NCBI GenBank assembly: GCA_964388035.1
Contig: CAYLZE010000063.1
Coordinates: forward strand, 1-30,097
Reading direction: 5' to 3'
Origin: an uncultured archaeon
Lineage (GTDB): Archaea > Asgardarchaeota > Lokiarchaeia > Sigyniarchaeales > SOKP01
DNA length: 30,097 nucleotides
Both the position numbers and the translations under genes were made by a program. The notes beneath the pieces were generated by a model. That model searched no databases, was not told the origin of the DNA, and saw nothing but the letters and a program-made list of their open reading frames with translations. Below, in pieces: positions 1 to 8,504 of the stretch. Numbering within the stretch: position 1 is the first letter of the stretch; each line of letters starts with the position of its first letter.

Positions 1-771
1 GATTTAAAGAAGTATTTTGATGATGTAAAAGCAGTGGATGGAATTTCATTTATTGTAAAAAAGGGAGAGGTGTTTGGATTATTAGGTCCCAATGGAGCAG
101 GAAAAACCACTACCATAAAAATGCTTTTGGGACTTCTTGAACCGGATGAAGGAAATATTGAAGTCTTCGGTTTAAATCCTGAACGAGACGATGTTTTAAT
201 AAAGCAAAGGATTGGATACGTATCAGAAGAACCTCTTATTTTCAAATCCCTCACTCCGAAAGATGCCTTTAATTTTATCGCTTCCATTAGGCAATTAGAT
301 GAAGAAAAGGTTTCTGAAAAGGCAAAAGAGTATTTAGAGAGTTTAGAAGCGATGCCATATTATGAACAATTAATTGCAACTTTATCCCACGGGAATAAAC
401 AAAAAATTCAAATTATCGCTTCTATTCTTCATAATCCCGATTTACTCATTCTAGATGAACCACTTTCGGGATTAGATGCTAAATCTGTGAAAGTCGTAAA
501 GGAAATACTCGAATTACATACTCAAAATGGGGGATCAGTATTATTTTCCACCCATATCATGGAGATTGCGGAAGAATTATGTGATAAAATAGGAATAATA
601 AATCGAGGAAAGATGGTCGGCATCGGTACCATGGAAGAATTAAGAAAAAAGGCAGATAAGCTGGGAGCAAGTCTTGAAGATGTATTTTTAAGACTCACGG
701 AACAAGATAAATCCGTAAATGAAATCGTGGAACGCTTGAGAATCTCTTTTAGAAAAAGTAAGGAAGATTAA
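1..771 (+). CDS. ABC transporter ATP-binding subunit (ABC-2/CcmA-like), 5'-truncated by window edge
   Basis: The frame is open from base 1 (DLKKYFDDVKAVDGISF...). Walker A GPNGAGKTT, signature LSHGNKQK, Walker B LLILDEP and H-loop STH are present. Confidence 0.95.
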   Translation, partial: DLKKYFDDVKAVDGISFIVKKGEVFGLLGPNGAGKTTTIKMLLGLLEPDEGNIEVFGLNPERDDVLIKQRIGYVSEEPLIFKSLTPKDAFNFIASIRQLDEEKVSEKAKEYLESLEAMPYYEQLIATLSHGNKQKIQIIASILHNPDLLILDEPLSGLDAKSVKVVKEILELHTQNGGSVLFSTHIMEIAEELCDKIGIINRGKMVGIGTMEELRKKADKLGASLEDVFLRLTEQDKSVNEIVERLRISFRKSKED

Positions 772-793
772 TAATTAAAAATTTTGAAGAAAA

Positions 794-2581
794 ATGAGAA
801 CATATAAGATTGCAAAATATACGACCCAAGAGATTGTTTTAGATGCTCAATTAATGTCGGCGGGGTCAAATCAATCTCGTATTTTAGAGAGGTTTGATGA
901 ACACAAGAAATCTCTAAGATATCAACTCATTGTCATGAAAGTAGTTTACACGTTTGTATTTGGAATGGTTTCCTTATTACCTTTTTTCTCCTATCAAGAT
1001 GTTTTTAATTTGTTGATGAATGGAAATACCTCTCATATTTCTATTCTATTTGCTGGGAGTATCGTTTTCACCATAACATTCGGAATTCAATTTTTATATT
1101 TATTCTTGCTCGGTCTTTTTAATGTTTCTTCAATGATGTCGGGAGATGTTTTTCGTTGGTTGGAAACCTTGCCCTTTTCTAAAGAAACATTAAGGAAAAT
1201 TGGTTTTATGACTCTTTTTAGAAGTTTTGATCTCCCTATAATTGCGACTATAACAATTTTCCCAATAATGATGTTGATTAGAACCCTAAATTTAGTCGTA
1301 TTTTGTGTGTGTTTAATCATATCTATCCTTAATATCCTGTTTTCGTTTAGCTTATTAATTTTGATCGGGGAACGACTAAATAGAATCATGAATTTGGGAG
1401 ATTTATCTTCAAAAAAAGCCACGTTTATAAGAATTTTTTCAATGTTAAGCTATGTTGCGGTTTCTTTCGGTACGGCATTTATCTTACAGTGGGCTTTTAG
1501 TTCTGTTAATTTAATCCTTCAATCAGATCTTTCTCTCCAATCCTCTGTTTTATTCAATGTTCTTCTTAGTATTATTCCTTTTCCTTTTGCTTCAGGATAT
1601 CTTGTTGCTTTAGTTACTTATACCCTTGAAGTTCCTATTGAACTATGGATATCCCCTCTCATTGGATTGGGAATCTTTACTCTAATAACTTTAAAAACGT
1701 ATAAAAGTGCTTTAAATTCTTTAAGAACGGTTACCTCCTCAGAAATCCGCACTGCTAAACGAAAGAAGAAAAAAGAAGTCCCAGAAGAGATTAAAGTTGA
1801 AATAGAGGTTATGACCCCAATAAGGGCCTATTTGAGAAAAGATTTGACTACCGCCACGAGAGATATTCAAACTTTAATGTATTTGATCATGCCTTTCATA
1901 TTTCCCTTTTTATTTGCCTTTCCTATCATATTAAACACTCCAGAGAGTCTGAATTTCATCATTATTTGGGGAATTCTCATTTTGATTACCCCCTTTATAT
2001 CCCTTATGCTTACATCGGGATTATTAGGAATGGAAGAATCTGGGGCTACTCTCTTGGCTTCCTTACCAATTATCCCGAGAGATCAAGCCTTTGCAAAACT
2101 CTATTTAATTTTTTTAATACAAACTCTCTCCTTTTTGATCCAAGTAATAATATTCATCACGTATGGGGATATCATCACTTATTTACTTCTCATTCCTGCT
2201 AGCTTGCCAGTTGTCTGGACATCCACATTTCTTGCTTTTATAATTAGAGTACGCTTTTTCGGAAAGCTGAAATATAAATACGTCGTGGAAGATGTCCATC
2301 CTGAAAAAAAAATTTTGAAATGGATTTTAACCATTATCCTTATTTATCTCTTTGATTCAATTTATATAGTATTAGGTGCTATTGTAAATTTTCTCTTCGG
2401 TTTCATTTATTTCCTCTTATTAATTGTAGGATTTGGTGCTTTGGGGGTATTATTAATGTATCTTATATTCAATCGCATGTTTCCTCACATACAGGCTATT
2501 CATGAAAGAAAAAGGAATAATAAAAAACCTTCCAATCAATACCAAGTAGCTTCAACATTATCCCGGGGAGGAACACTATAA
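794..2581 (+). CDS. Large polytopic membrane protein, probable permease of the upstream ABC exporter
   Basis: 595 aa with two blocks of multiple hydrophobic helices separated by a charged linker. LETLPFS and LASLPI motifs are typical of ABC-2-type permeases. It starts 22 nt after the ATPase. Confidence 0.8.
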   Translation: MRTYKIAKYTTQEIVLDAQLMSAGSNQSRILERFDEHKKSLRYQLIVMKVVYTFVFGMVSLLPFFSYQDVFNLLMNGNTSHISILFAGSIVFTITFGIQFLYLFLLGLFNVSSMMSGDVFRWLETLPFSKETLRKIGFMTLFRSFDLPIIATITIFPIMMLIRTLNLVVFCVCLIISILNILFSFSLLILIGERLNRIMNLGDLSSKKATFIRIFSMLSYVAVSFGTAFILQWAFSSVNLILQSDLSLQSSVLFNVLLSIIPFPFASGYLVALVTYTLEVPIELWISPLIGLGIFTLITLKTYKSALNSLRTVTSSEIRTAKRKKKKEVPEEIKVEIEVMTPIRAYLRKDLTTATRDIQTLMYLIMPFIFPFLFAFPIILNTPESLNFIIIWGILILITPFISLMLTSGLLGMEESGATLLASLPIIPRDQAFAKLYLIFLIQTLSFLIQVIIFITYGDIITYLLLIPASLPVVWTSTFLAFIIRVRFFGKLKYKYVVEDVHPEKKILKWILTIILIYLFDSIYIVLGAIVNFLFGFIYFLLLIVGFGALGVLLMYLIFNRMFPHIQAIHERKRNNKKPSNQYQVASTLSRGGTL

Positions 2582-3432
2582 TATCTAACTTCGGGATGCC
2601 CAATTATTAACACGCCATTTACCCTCATTCTTTTAGGTATTCCTAAAAACGTGCGGAGTTTTTTGAATCGATTTAGTGCTTCTTGAGCGTATCCAATCCA
2701 ACAAGTTCCCAAACCGAGAGAATGGGCTGCTAACATTGCATGGGTTAATGCAATTCCTGCATCTGCTTCAGCCATCCCTCCCATTTTTGTGGCATAACTT
2801 ATCAATATTAAGGGAGCATTATAGAAAAGAGGATCCTTACCAGATTCGATTGATTTAAGGAATTCTTCTAATCCAACTTTTGTTGAAGGATCTTGAATGA
2901 TTTTCCTTAAAGGGTTTGGTAAAAAAAACTTCAGAATCTTTTTAAATTTTATAACGATTTGTAATAAATGCATCATTTTTACGACACCTTTTTTTATCTC
3001 CTCAATTTTATTCCTCTCGGTAAGAATTAAAAATTTCCCCGATTGTGCATTATTTGCACTCGGTGCATAGCGAATAGTACTCAAAATTTGATTGATTTTT
3101 TCCTTTTCCACTTCTTTGGGTAAAAACCTCCGGATCGATCTTCTGGAGCGAAGAAATAGTAATAAGTTGGAAAAAGATAGAAAATTTTCAATATCATCGA
3201 TCTGTTTAAATTTTACCGCCACACCATCACTTTCATAAAGAATTGCATCTGTGGGACAGCATGCGATACAATGACCACAACGAATACATCGCTCAAGAGG
3301 ATCACCAAATTGTATCTTTCTATTTTCTCCTATTTTTGTAGGCAATTTTACAAACAAATTGCTCGGACACTCCTTCACGCAACTCAAGCATTTAATACAT
3401 TTGATATCATCTATCCCGTTAATGATTAACAA
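2536..3432 (-). CDS. Nitroreductase family protein with N-terminal 2x[4Fe-4S] ferredoxin domain
   Basis: CIKCLSCVKECP and CIRCGHCIACCP ferredoxin motifs. Nitroreductase motifs RSRRSIRRF, APSANNAQ and LGLGTCWIG. TTG start preceded by AGGTGA. Confidence 0.93.
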   Translation of the reverse strand: MLIINGIDDIKCIKCLSCVKECPSNLFVKLPTKIGENRKIQFGDPLERCIRCGHCIACCPTDAILYESDGVAVKFKQIDDIENFLSFSNLLLFLRSRRSIRRFLPKEVEKEKINQILSTIRYAPSANNAQSGKFLILTERNKIEEIKKGVVKMMHLLQIVIKFKKILKFFLPNPLRKIIQDPSTKVGLEEFLKSIESGKDPLFYNAPLILISYATKMGGMAEADAGIALTHAMLAAHSLGLGTCWIGYAQEALNRFKKLRTFLGIPKRMRVNGVLIIGHPEVRYYSVPPRDNVEATWY

Positions 3433-3521
3433 TTAATCACCTAACAAGTTATAATGTTTTTTAAATATGAATTATATATTATTAAAAATAAAGTAATTTC
3501 TTTTTAAGGGGGCACTTGTAA

Positions 3522-4436
3522 GTGAGAGATGAAGATTATTGGTTTCATTATGTTTTACATGAAGATCCGGAAAATATCAAGAAAATAATTGAAGAACAAT
3601 TTATCTTTTCTAATGATATAAAAATCCACTTAGACATCTATGATGGCACCCAACCCATGAAGGGATCTATTATATTTATCCACGGAACATCGGTGTATGG
3701 AAGATTTTATGCAGAATTTTGTTATCGATTGTATAAAGAAGGATTTAGGGTAATAGCGCCCGATTTGATTGGACATGGTTTAAGCGGCGGAATGAGAGGA
3801 CATTTTACCATGAAAAGATTTTCAGAAACAATTCAAGATGTTATAAAATTCATAATAGAAAAATATGGAGAAAAACCCATCCTCATGGGATCCAGTTTAG
3901 GAGGCATTGCCACGTTATATGGTACAGCGTTTAATGATGACCTGTTATTGGGGGCGATTTGCCATAATGCAGCGATTTTCAATGAAAAAGCGTATAAAAG
4001 AATCCTCCATCTTAGTGGAATCTTGAAGATATTGGTGCATTTAATCCCATTAATGGCTAAGGTATTTCCGACCATGAAGCTCAGCGTGTTTACTTACTTA
4101 GATTTTGAGAAGTTAGCGGGCTCAGAGTTTAGAGAAAAAATAGATTTCCTTTTAGATGATCCTTTACTTACCGATAAGTACACGTTAACTTCACTTAATG
4201 CTCAATTAAAAGAACCGTTATCCAAACCTGTAGAAGAAATTAGAACCGCTATAATGATCATTAATGGAGAAAACGATTTTTTATTTTCAATTGATTACAT
4301 GCATGAATTATTTGAAAGATTGACTTGCGATCAAAAGAAATTGATTATTCTTGAGGGAGCTTCTCATTTAATTTTCCAAGAATCCATCAATGAAGTATTG
4401 AAGAACATCATCCCGTGGATTGAAACGAAATTATAA
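3522..4436 (+). CDS. Alpha/beta hydrolase (lysophospholipase/monoacylglycerol lipase-like)
   Basis: FIHG, DLIGHGLS, nucleophile elbow GSSLGG, and putative Asp (GEND) and His (ASHL) of the catalytic triad. Confidence 0.9.
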   Translation: MRDEDYWFHYVLHEDPENIKKIIEEQFIFSNDIKIHLDIYDGTQPMKGSIIFIHGTSVYGRFYAEFCYRLYKEGFRVIAPDLIGHGLSGGMRGHFTMKRFSETIQDVIKFIIEKYGEKPILMGSSLGGIATLYGTAFNDDLLLGAICHNAAIFNEKAYKRILHLSGILKILVHLIPLMAKVFPTMKLSVFTYLDFEKLAGSEFREKIDFLLDDPLLTDKYTLTSLNAQLKEPLSKPVEEIRTAIMIINGENDFLFSIDYMHELFERLTCDQKKLIILEGASHLIFQESINEVLKNIIPWIETKL

Positions 4437-4555
4437 CAAAAGGATCAAATTTATATGGAGAAATTTTGTATTATTATTAACTTTAAATTTATTTTGCTTG
4501 TTTGTTTATTGAATTTCTAACTATTTAATATCAATCATTTCTAAAAAGTGATTAA

Positions 4556-5401
4556 ATGTCAGAATTTAAAGAGCTCGAAGTTTCGTGTCCTGTATGTCAA
4601 GCAGTGAAAAAGATAAATGTTCCATCTAGAATTTTCTCGCAGAAAAAATTTGGTACCATCAAAGTGCAAGTACCCGCCGGTGCAGTTTGTCCGGAACATC
4701 AATTTATCGTATTCGTCGATCCAAAAGGCATTATTAGAGGGTATGAGAAAATCGATATTTTCATGGCGGGTATTTCAGAAGTGAAAAAGGAAGTATCGGA
4801 GGAAAAGATAACCTTAAGAAAACTGCTCAATGTTTTAGGGACGTATGGTTTTTTAAGCTTGATCCATGCAAAATTATTTGATTATCCAAGTTATATTATA
4901 AAAACTGGGGATTCTAAAATCGATTCCGGTAAAAGTGATACTTTTTTTGACAAATTCCTTCCCTCAAGTCTCCAAGGTACGACACCCATTAAGAATCTTG
5001 AAGATATAAATTATGATAAAATTAAAATTAAAGAAAAAAATGCATTGATTATTGATCCGCCAAATATTCTGCAAACACCATGGGATCATTCTTCTTTAAA
5101 GTTTGAAGAAGAGCTTATTAAAAAAGCACTAGGAATAATTGATGATGAGGAACAATTAATTATAATCCAGCAAGGCATAGATAGCTTTTTAAAGGAAGTA
5201 GAATACGTGAAAACAACGCTTGAAGCTGTTGAAGAGATCTACATGAACGATTTAATTGAAAAAATGTCTAAAGACTTGAGAATGGCAAAAATAAATAAAT
5301 ATCATTTTGATTTAATTAAGGAGTACATACAAAATAGAATTTCTAGTACTCTTGTTAAGAAAATTAAAAATAAAGTTCATGAATTTTTAGGGTTACTATA
5401 A
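4556..5401 (+). CDS. Hypothetical protein with N-terminal Zn-binding module (CPVC...CPEH), Asgard-type
   Basis: 281 aa ORF with CPVC...CPEHQFIVFVD...IRGYEKID. I recall this N-terminal pattern from expanded Lokiarchaeia families but cannot verify it here. Confidence 0.7.
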   Translation: MSEFKELEVSCPVCQAVKKINVPSRIFSQKKFGTIKVQVPAGAVCPEHQFIVFVDPKGIIRGYEKIDIFMAGISEVKKEVSEEKITLRKLLNVLGTYGFLSLIHAKLFDYPSYIIKTGDSKIDSGKSDTFFDKFLPSSLQGTTPIKNLEDINYDKIKIKEKNALIIDPPNILQTPWDHSSLKFEEELIKKALGIIDDEEQLIIIQQGIDSFLKEVEYVKTTLEAVEEIYMNDLIEKMSKDLRMAKINKYHFDLIKEYIQNRISSTLVKKIKNKVHEFLGLL

Positions 5402-5619
5402 AATCATTCTTTACTTTTTTATTCTGCAATCTTCTTTCCTAATTAAGAATAACCATTATAAAGCAAGACTCTTAATCGAAATTATGATAGTCTCTCCCTT
5501 TGGAAGCATTTTTATCCATTAAAATTTTAAAAGAAAAGCAAAATTACTAAGATTAAATAAATATCTAATTTTAAATCTTTTAAAAAAAAAAAGTAATAAA
5601 TAATTGGAAGTGTAAAAAA

Positions 5620-6432
5620 ATGGACTGGGGAATGAAAAACAGATTATCCCGAATTATCAAGCCGAAGACGGGACATTGCGTCATGCTTGCAGTAGATCAT
5701 GGAAAATATACATAATTCATGTATATTCATGAATATTTTGGCAATGTTCCTGGGACTTTAAAATGCTTTGGAGATTTAAACCCCTTATTTCAGTATGCTG
5801 ACGCGTTAATGCTAACTAGAGGCATGCTTAGAAGTTGCGTATCACCAGATTTTGACATACCCATTGTTTTAAGGGTATCGGCAGGTGCCAGCATGTTGAA
5901 AGAATTATCTAACGAAGAAATTAACGTAACTATTGAAGATGCAATCCGTTTAAACGTATCGGCAATAACTTGTTCTATCTTCGTTGGAGGGGATTTTGAA
6001 AAGCAAACCATCATGAATCTCTCAAAATTAGTTAACTGGGGGCAAGAATACGGCATTCCAACACTAGCTGTAACTGCAGTTGGTCGGGAAATGGCCCGAG
6101 ATTCCCGTTATTTAGGAATGGCTAGTAGATTAGCCGCAGAAATGGGGGCGACTTTTGTCAAGACTTATTTTTGCGATGATTTTGAGGAAGTCACGAGCAT
6201 TTGTCCCGTACCCGTTGTTATCGCAGGAGGTAAAAAAATTTCCGAAAGGGATGCTCTGCAAATGGCTAAGAATGCTATAGATAAAGGGGCTGTTGGGGTC
6301 GATATGGGAAGAAATATCTTCCAAAGCGATAGCCCCATAGGAATGATTCAAGCAGTACGCGCAATTGTTCATGAGAATGCATCGGTGGATGAAGCTTTCG
6401 AGATTTATACGAATGGCCCAAAAGGGCTCTAG
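5620..6432 (+). CDS. lsrF: LsrF-family thiolase/class I aldolase, split gene join(5620..5703,5734..6432), 260 aa if spliced
   Basis: 5620-5703 encodes [28 protein letters not shown], the typical LsrF N-terminus. From 5734 it reads YFG...LMLTRG...FVKTY...VIAGGKK...[11 protein letters not shown]. The two parts are in the same frame, separated by 30 nt containing TAA. The ORF-track start at 5719 lies inside that insertion. Confidence 0.92.
5704..5733 (+). other. Putative 30-nt bulge-helix-bulge (BHB) mRNA intron in lsrF
   Basis: Exon helix AGAU 5694-5697/AUUU 5735-5738. Central 4-bp helix CAUG 5698-5701/CAUG 5728-5731. 3-nt bulges GAA 5702-5704 and AAU 5732-5734. Perfect 9-bp intron stem AAUAUACAU 5705-5713/AUGUAUAUU 5719-5727. 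Cutting after the second base of each bulge gives GAT CAT GGA|TAT TTT GGC. Confidence 0.85.
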
Positions 6433-6441
6433 AAATTATTA

Positions 6442-6480
6442 TTCTTTTTTTTCCTTTAAATTTTCTTTTTATTACATTTT
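6442..6480 (+). terminator. Oligo-T archaeal-type terminator region after lsrF
   Basis: Consecutive T-tracts (ttcttttttttcctttaaattttctttttt) shortly after the TAG at 6432. Confidence 0.5.
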
Positions 6481-6689
6481 AACGAGCATCCTTCAATTAT
6501 TATTCAAAATGAAGGTAAAGAATAAAGCTTGAACTAATCTAAATCTTTATTAATTATAAACATGATGTTATCCGACAAATAAGAAATAATTCCATTTTCA
6601 TTTTTAGGATCCTTTAAATTATAAAATAAAATTTAAAATAAGGAACGGGATTATTTTTCTAAAAAGATTTACTTACAAATTTGATAAAA

Positions 6690-7343
6690 ATGAATCCATA
6701 TTTTAAAGAATTTACGCAGTATTTATACGCTGATGACAAGGAAAGTAGTGTTAATTTTATTCTAAAAAGATTGGAAAATAAGGAGATTGACATTATTACT
6801 CTTTACAGCGAGATTCTTACTCCCGCCTTAAATACAATGTTTACTGATGAGGAACAAAATCAAAATAACAATATTTGGAAAGAGCACATTCGAACATCTA
6901 TTGTTAGAACTATAATTGAATGTGCATATCCTCATATCATTCTGGAAAGAACTGAAAAAGGAATTAAAAAGAGGGATGAAAAGGTCATTGTCCTTTGTCC
7001 TTCCGAAGAATATCATGATGTGGGAGCTCGAATGATCGTGGACTTTTTCACCTTGTTGGGATTTGATGCAATTTTTATCGGTGCGAACACTCCCAAACCC
7101 GTTATCAATTCAGCTATCGAAATCCTCAACCCCAAATTTATAGGAATAAGTGTATCGAACTATTTCCATCTAGTGGAGGCTAAAAAAATAATAGATTTCA
7201 TCAGAGAGCAAGAAACTTTTACGGGAAAAATCATTGTGGGCGGTCACGCTTTCTATAAAAATGAACATTTCTACAAAGAGATTCGAGCGGATTATCAAGT
7301 CCAAACTTATCAACAATTAAAAGCAATAGTGGAGGAGAGCTAA
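6690..7343 (+). CDS. Stand-alone cobalamin-binding domain protein (four-helix cap + Rossmann domain)
   Basis: Cap LYSEILTPAL...WKEH, B12 motif PSEEYHDVGARM, then IGANTP, IGISVS and IIVGG. ATG 6690 is preferred over TTG 6681. Confidence 0.88.
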   Translation: MNPYFKEFTQYLYADDKESSVNFILKRLENKEIDIITLYSEILTPALNTMFTDEEQNQNNNIWKEHIRTSIVRTIIECAYPHIILERTEKGIKKRDEKVIVLCPSEEYHDVGARMIVDFFTLLGFDAIFIGANTPKPVINSAIEILNPKFIGISVSNYFHLVEAKKIIDFIREQETFTGKIIVGGHAFYKNEHFYKEIRADYQVQTYQQLKAIVEES

Positions 7344-8504
7344 ATGGGGTTATCTTCAAGAATAGCCTTTAGATTTTTAAAATCTAGTAAGTGGCAAACC
7401 ACGCTGATTGTGATTGGGATCTCTATCGGAATTTCGGTTCAACTCTTTACAGGTTTATTGATTATTAGCTTACAACAAAGTTTAGTGAATACCACCGTGG
7501 GAAACTCTTCACAAATAACGGTTATATCAAATTTAGCAAAAAGTGATAATATAAGATATTATAAAAGATATATGGGAGAGATGGAACAATTCCCAGAATT
7601 TAGTGTGATTTCCCCCACCATAGATTATAATGCGTTAACGGATGAAAATAATAGAATCACGCCAATATTGGTAAGGGGCTTTGATATTGATTTAGCCGAT
7701 AAAATATATGATATTAAAGCAAATATCATTAAAGGAAGAATCCCAGAAAACAAGAATGAGGTCATTATTGGCAAGCAGCTCGCCGCTAAATTGGATTTGG
7801 AGATTGGAGATAAATTTGCAGTTCAAGTAGAATCCAAAAATATCGATCATGACGTTAAAATTTCCGGTATCTATGATTTTAATGTAAGAAGCATTAATGA
7901 ATTATGGGTTATTACAACCATTAGAACTGGACAAAGAATTTTTATCAATGGGAAGGATTTAGTGACCTCGATTGAAAGTCAAGTTTATAGTCAATATTTA
8001 TTTGATGCAGATACCATTGCTAACAAGTTAAATAACGCTTTAAATGATGAGAGAGTTACCGTTACAAATTGGATATCTCAAAACGAAGATTTACTCACGG
8101 CTTTGCAATCTCAGTCTATTTCCAGTTATTTCATTCAAGGAGCGGTCTTAATATCCGTGGTTATTGGTATTGCAAGTATATTAGCAATATCAGTACTTCA
8201 AAAAAGCAGACAATTAGGCATTTTAAAAGCGATGGGAATCACGAATCGTGATGCAAGTAAAATCTTTCTAGTTCAAGGATTATTTTTTGGAATCTTTGGA
8301 GCTATTGGAGGGTTTTTATTAGGAAGTTTTCTCTTGTTTGGATTTTCTTTCGGAGCAGGTGCATCATCCATTGCGATAGTATTTGATTTTAATTTCATTG
8401 CTATATCCCTTGTAATAGTAGTGGCAGCAACCGTTTTAGCATCATTAAGTCCTGCAATCAAATCATCTCGGTTAGATCCGATAGACATAATACGAGGTGA
8501 ATGA
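7344..8504 (+). CDS. FtsX/MacB/LolE-family ABC permease
   Basis: One N-terminal TM, a large extracytoplasmic domain and three C-terminal TMs. RQLGILKAMG and SSRLDPIDIIR motifs. Confidence 0.92.
   Translation: MGLSSRIAFRFLKSSKWQTTLIVIGISIGISVQLFTGLLIISLQQSLVNTTVGNSSQITVISNLAKSDNIRYYKRYMGEMEQFPEFSVISPTIDYNALTDENNRITPILVRGFDIDLADKIYDIKANIIKGRIPENKNEVIIGKQLAAKLDLEIGDKFAVQVESKNIDHDVKISGIYDFNVRSINELWVITTIRTGQRIFINGKDLVTSIESQVYSQYLFDADTIANKLNNALNDERVTVTNWISQNEDLLTALQSQSISSYFIQGAVLISVVIGIASILAISVLQKSRQLGILKAMGITNRDASKIFLVQGLFFGIFGAIGGFLLGSFLLFGFSFGAGASSIAIVFDFNFIAISLVIVVAATVLASLSPAIKSSRLDPIDIIRGE

Noticed and set aside
5713-5715. Stop-codon readthrough or Sec/Pyl recoding as the explanation for the lsrF stop
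   Set aside because: The codon is TAA, not TGA or TAG, and readthrough would leave 10 extra residues within the DHGYF motif.
5719-6432. ORF-track start of lsrF at ATG 5719 (MYIHE...)
   Set aside because: It lies inside the 30-nt insertion and omits the conserved MDWGMKNRL...DHG N-terminus encoded in frame at 5620-5703.
6433-6689. Cobalamin riboswitch upstream of the B12-binding gene
   Set aside because: Very AT-rich with only a short CCTTCA/TGAAGG pairing and no B12-box consensus.
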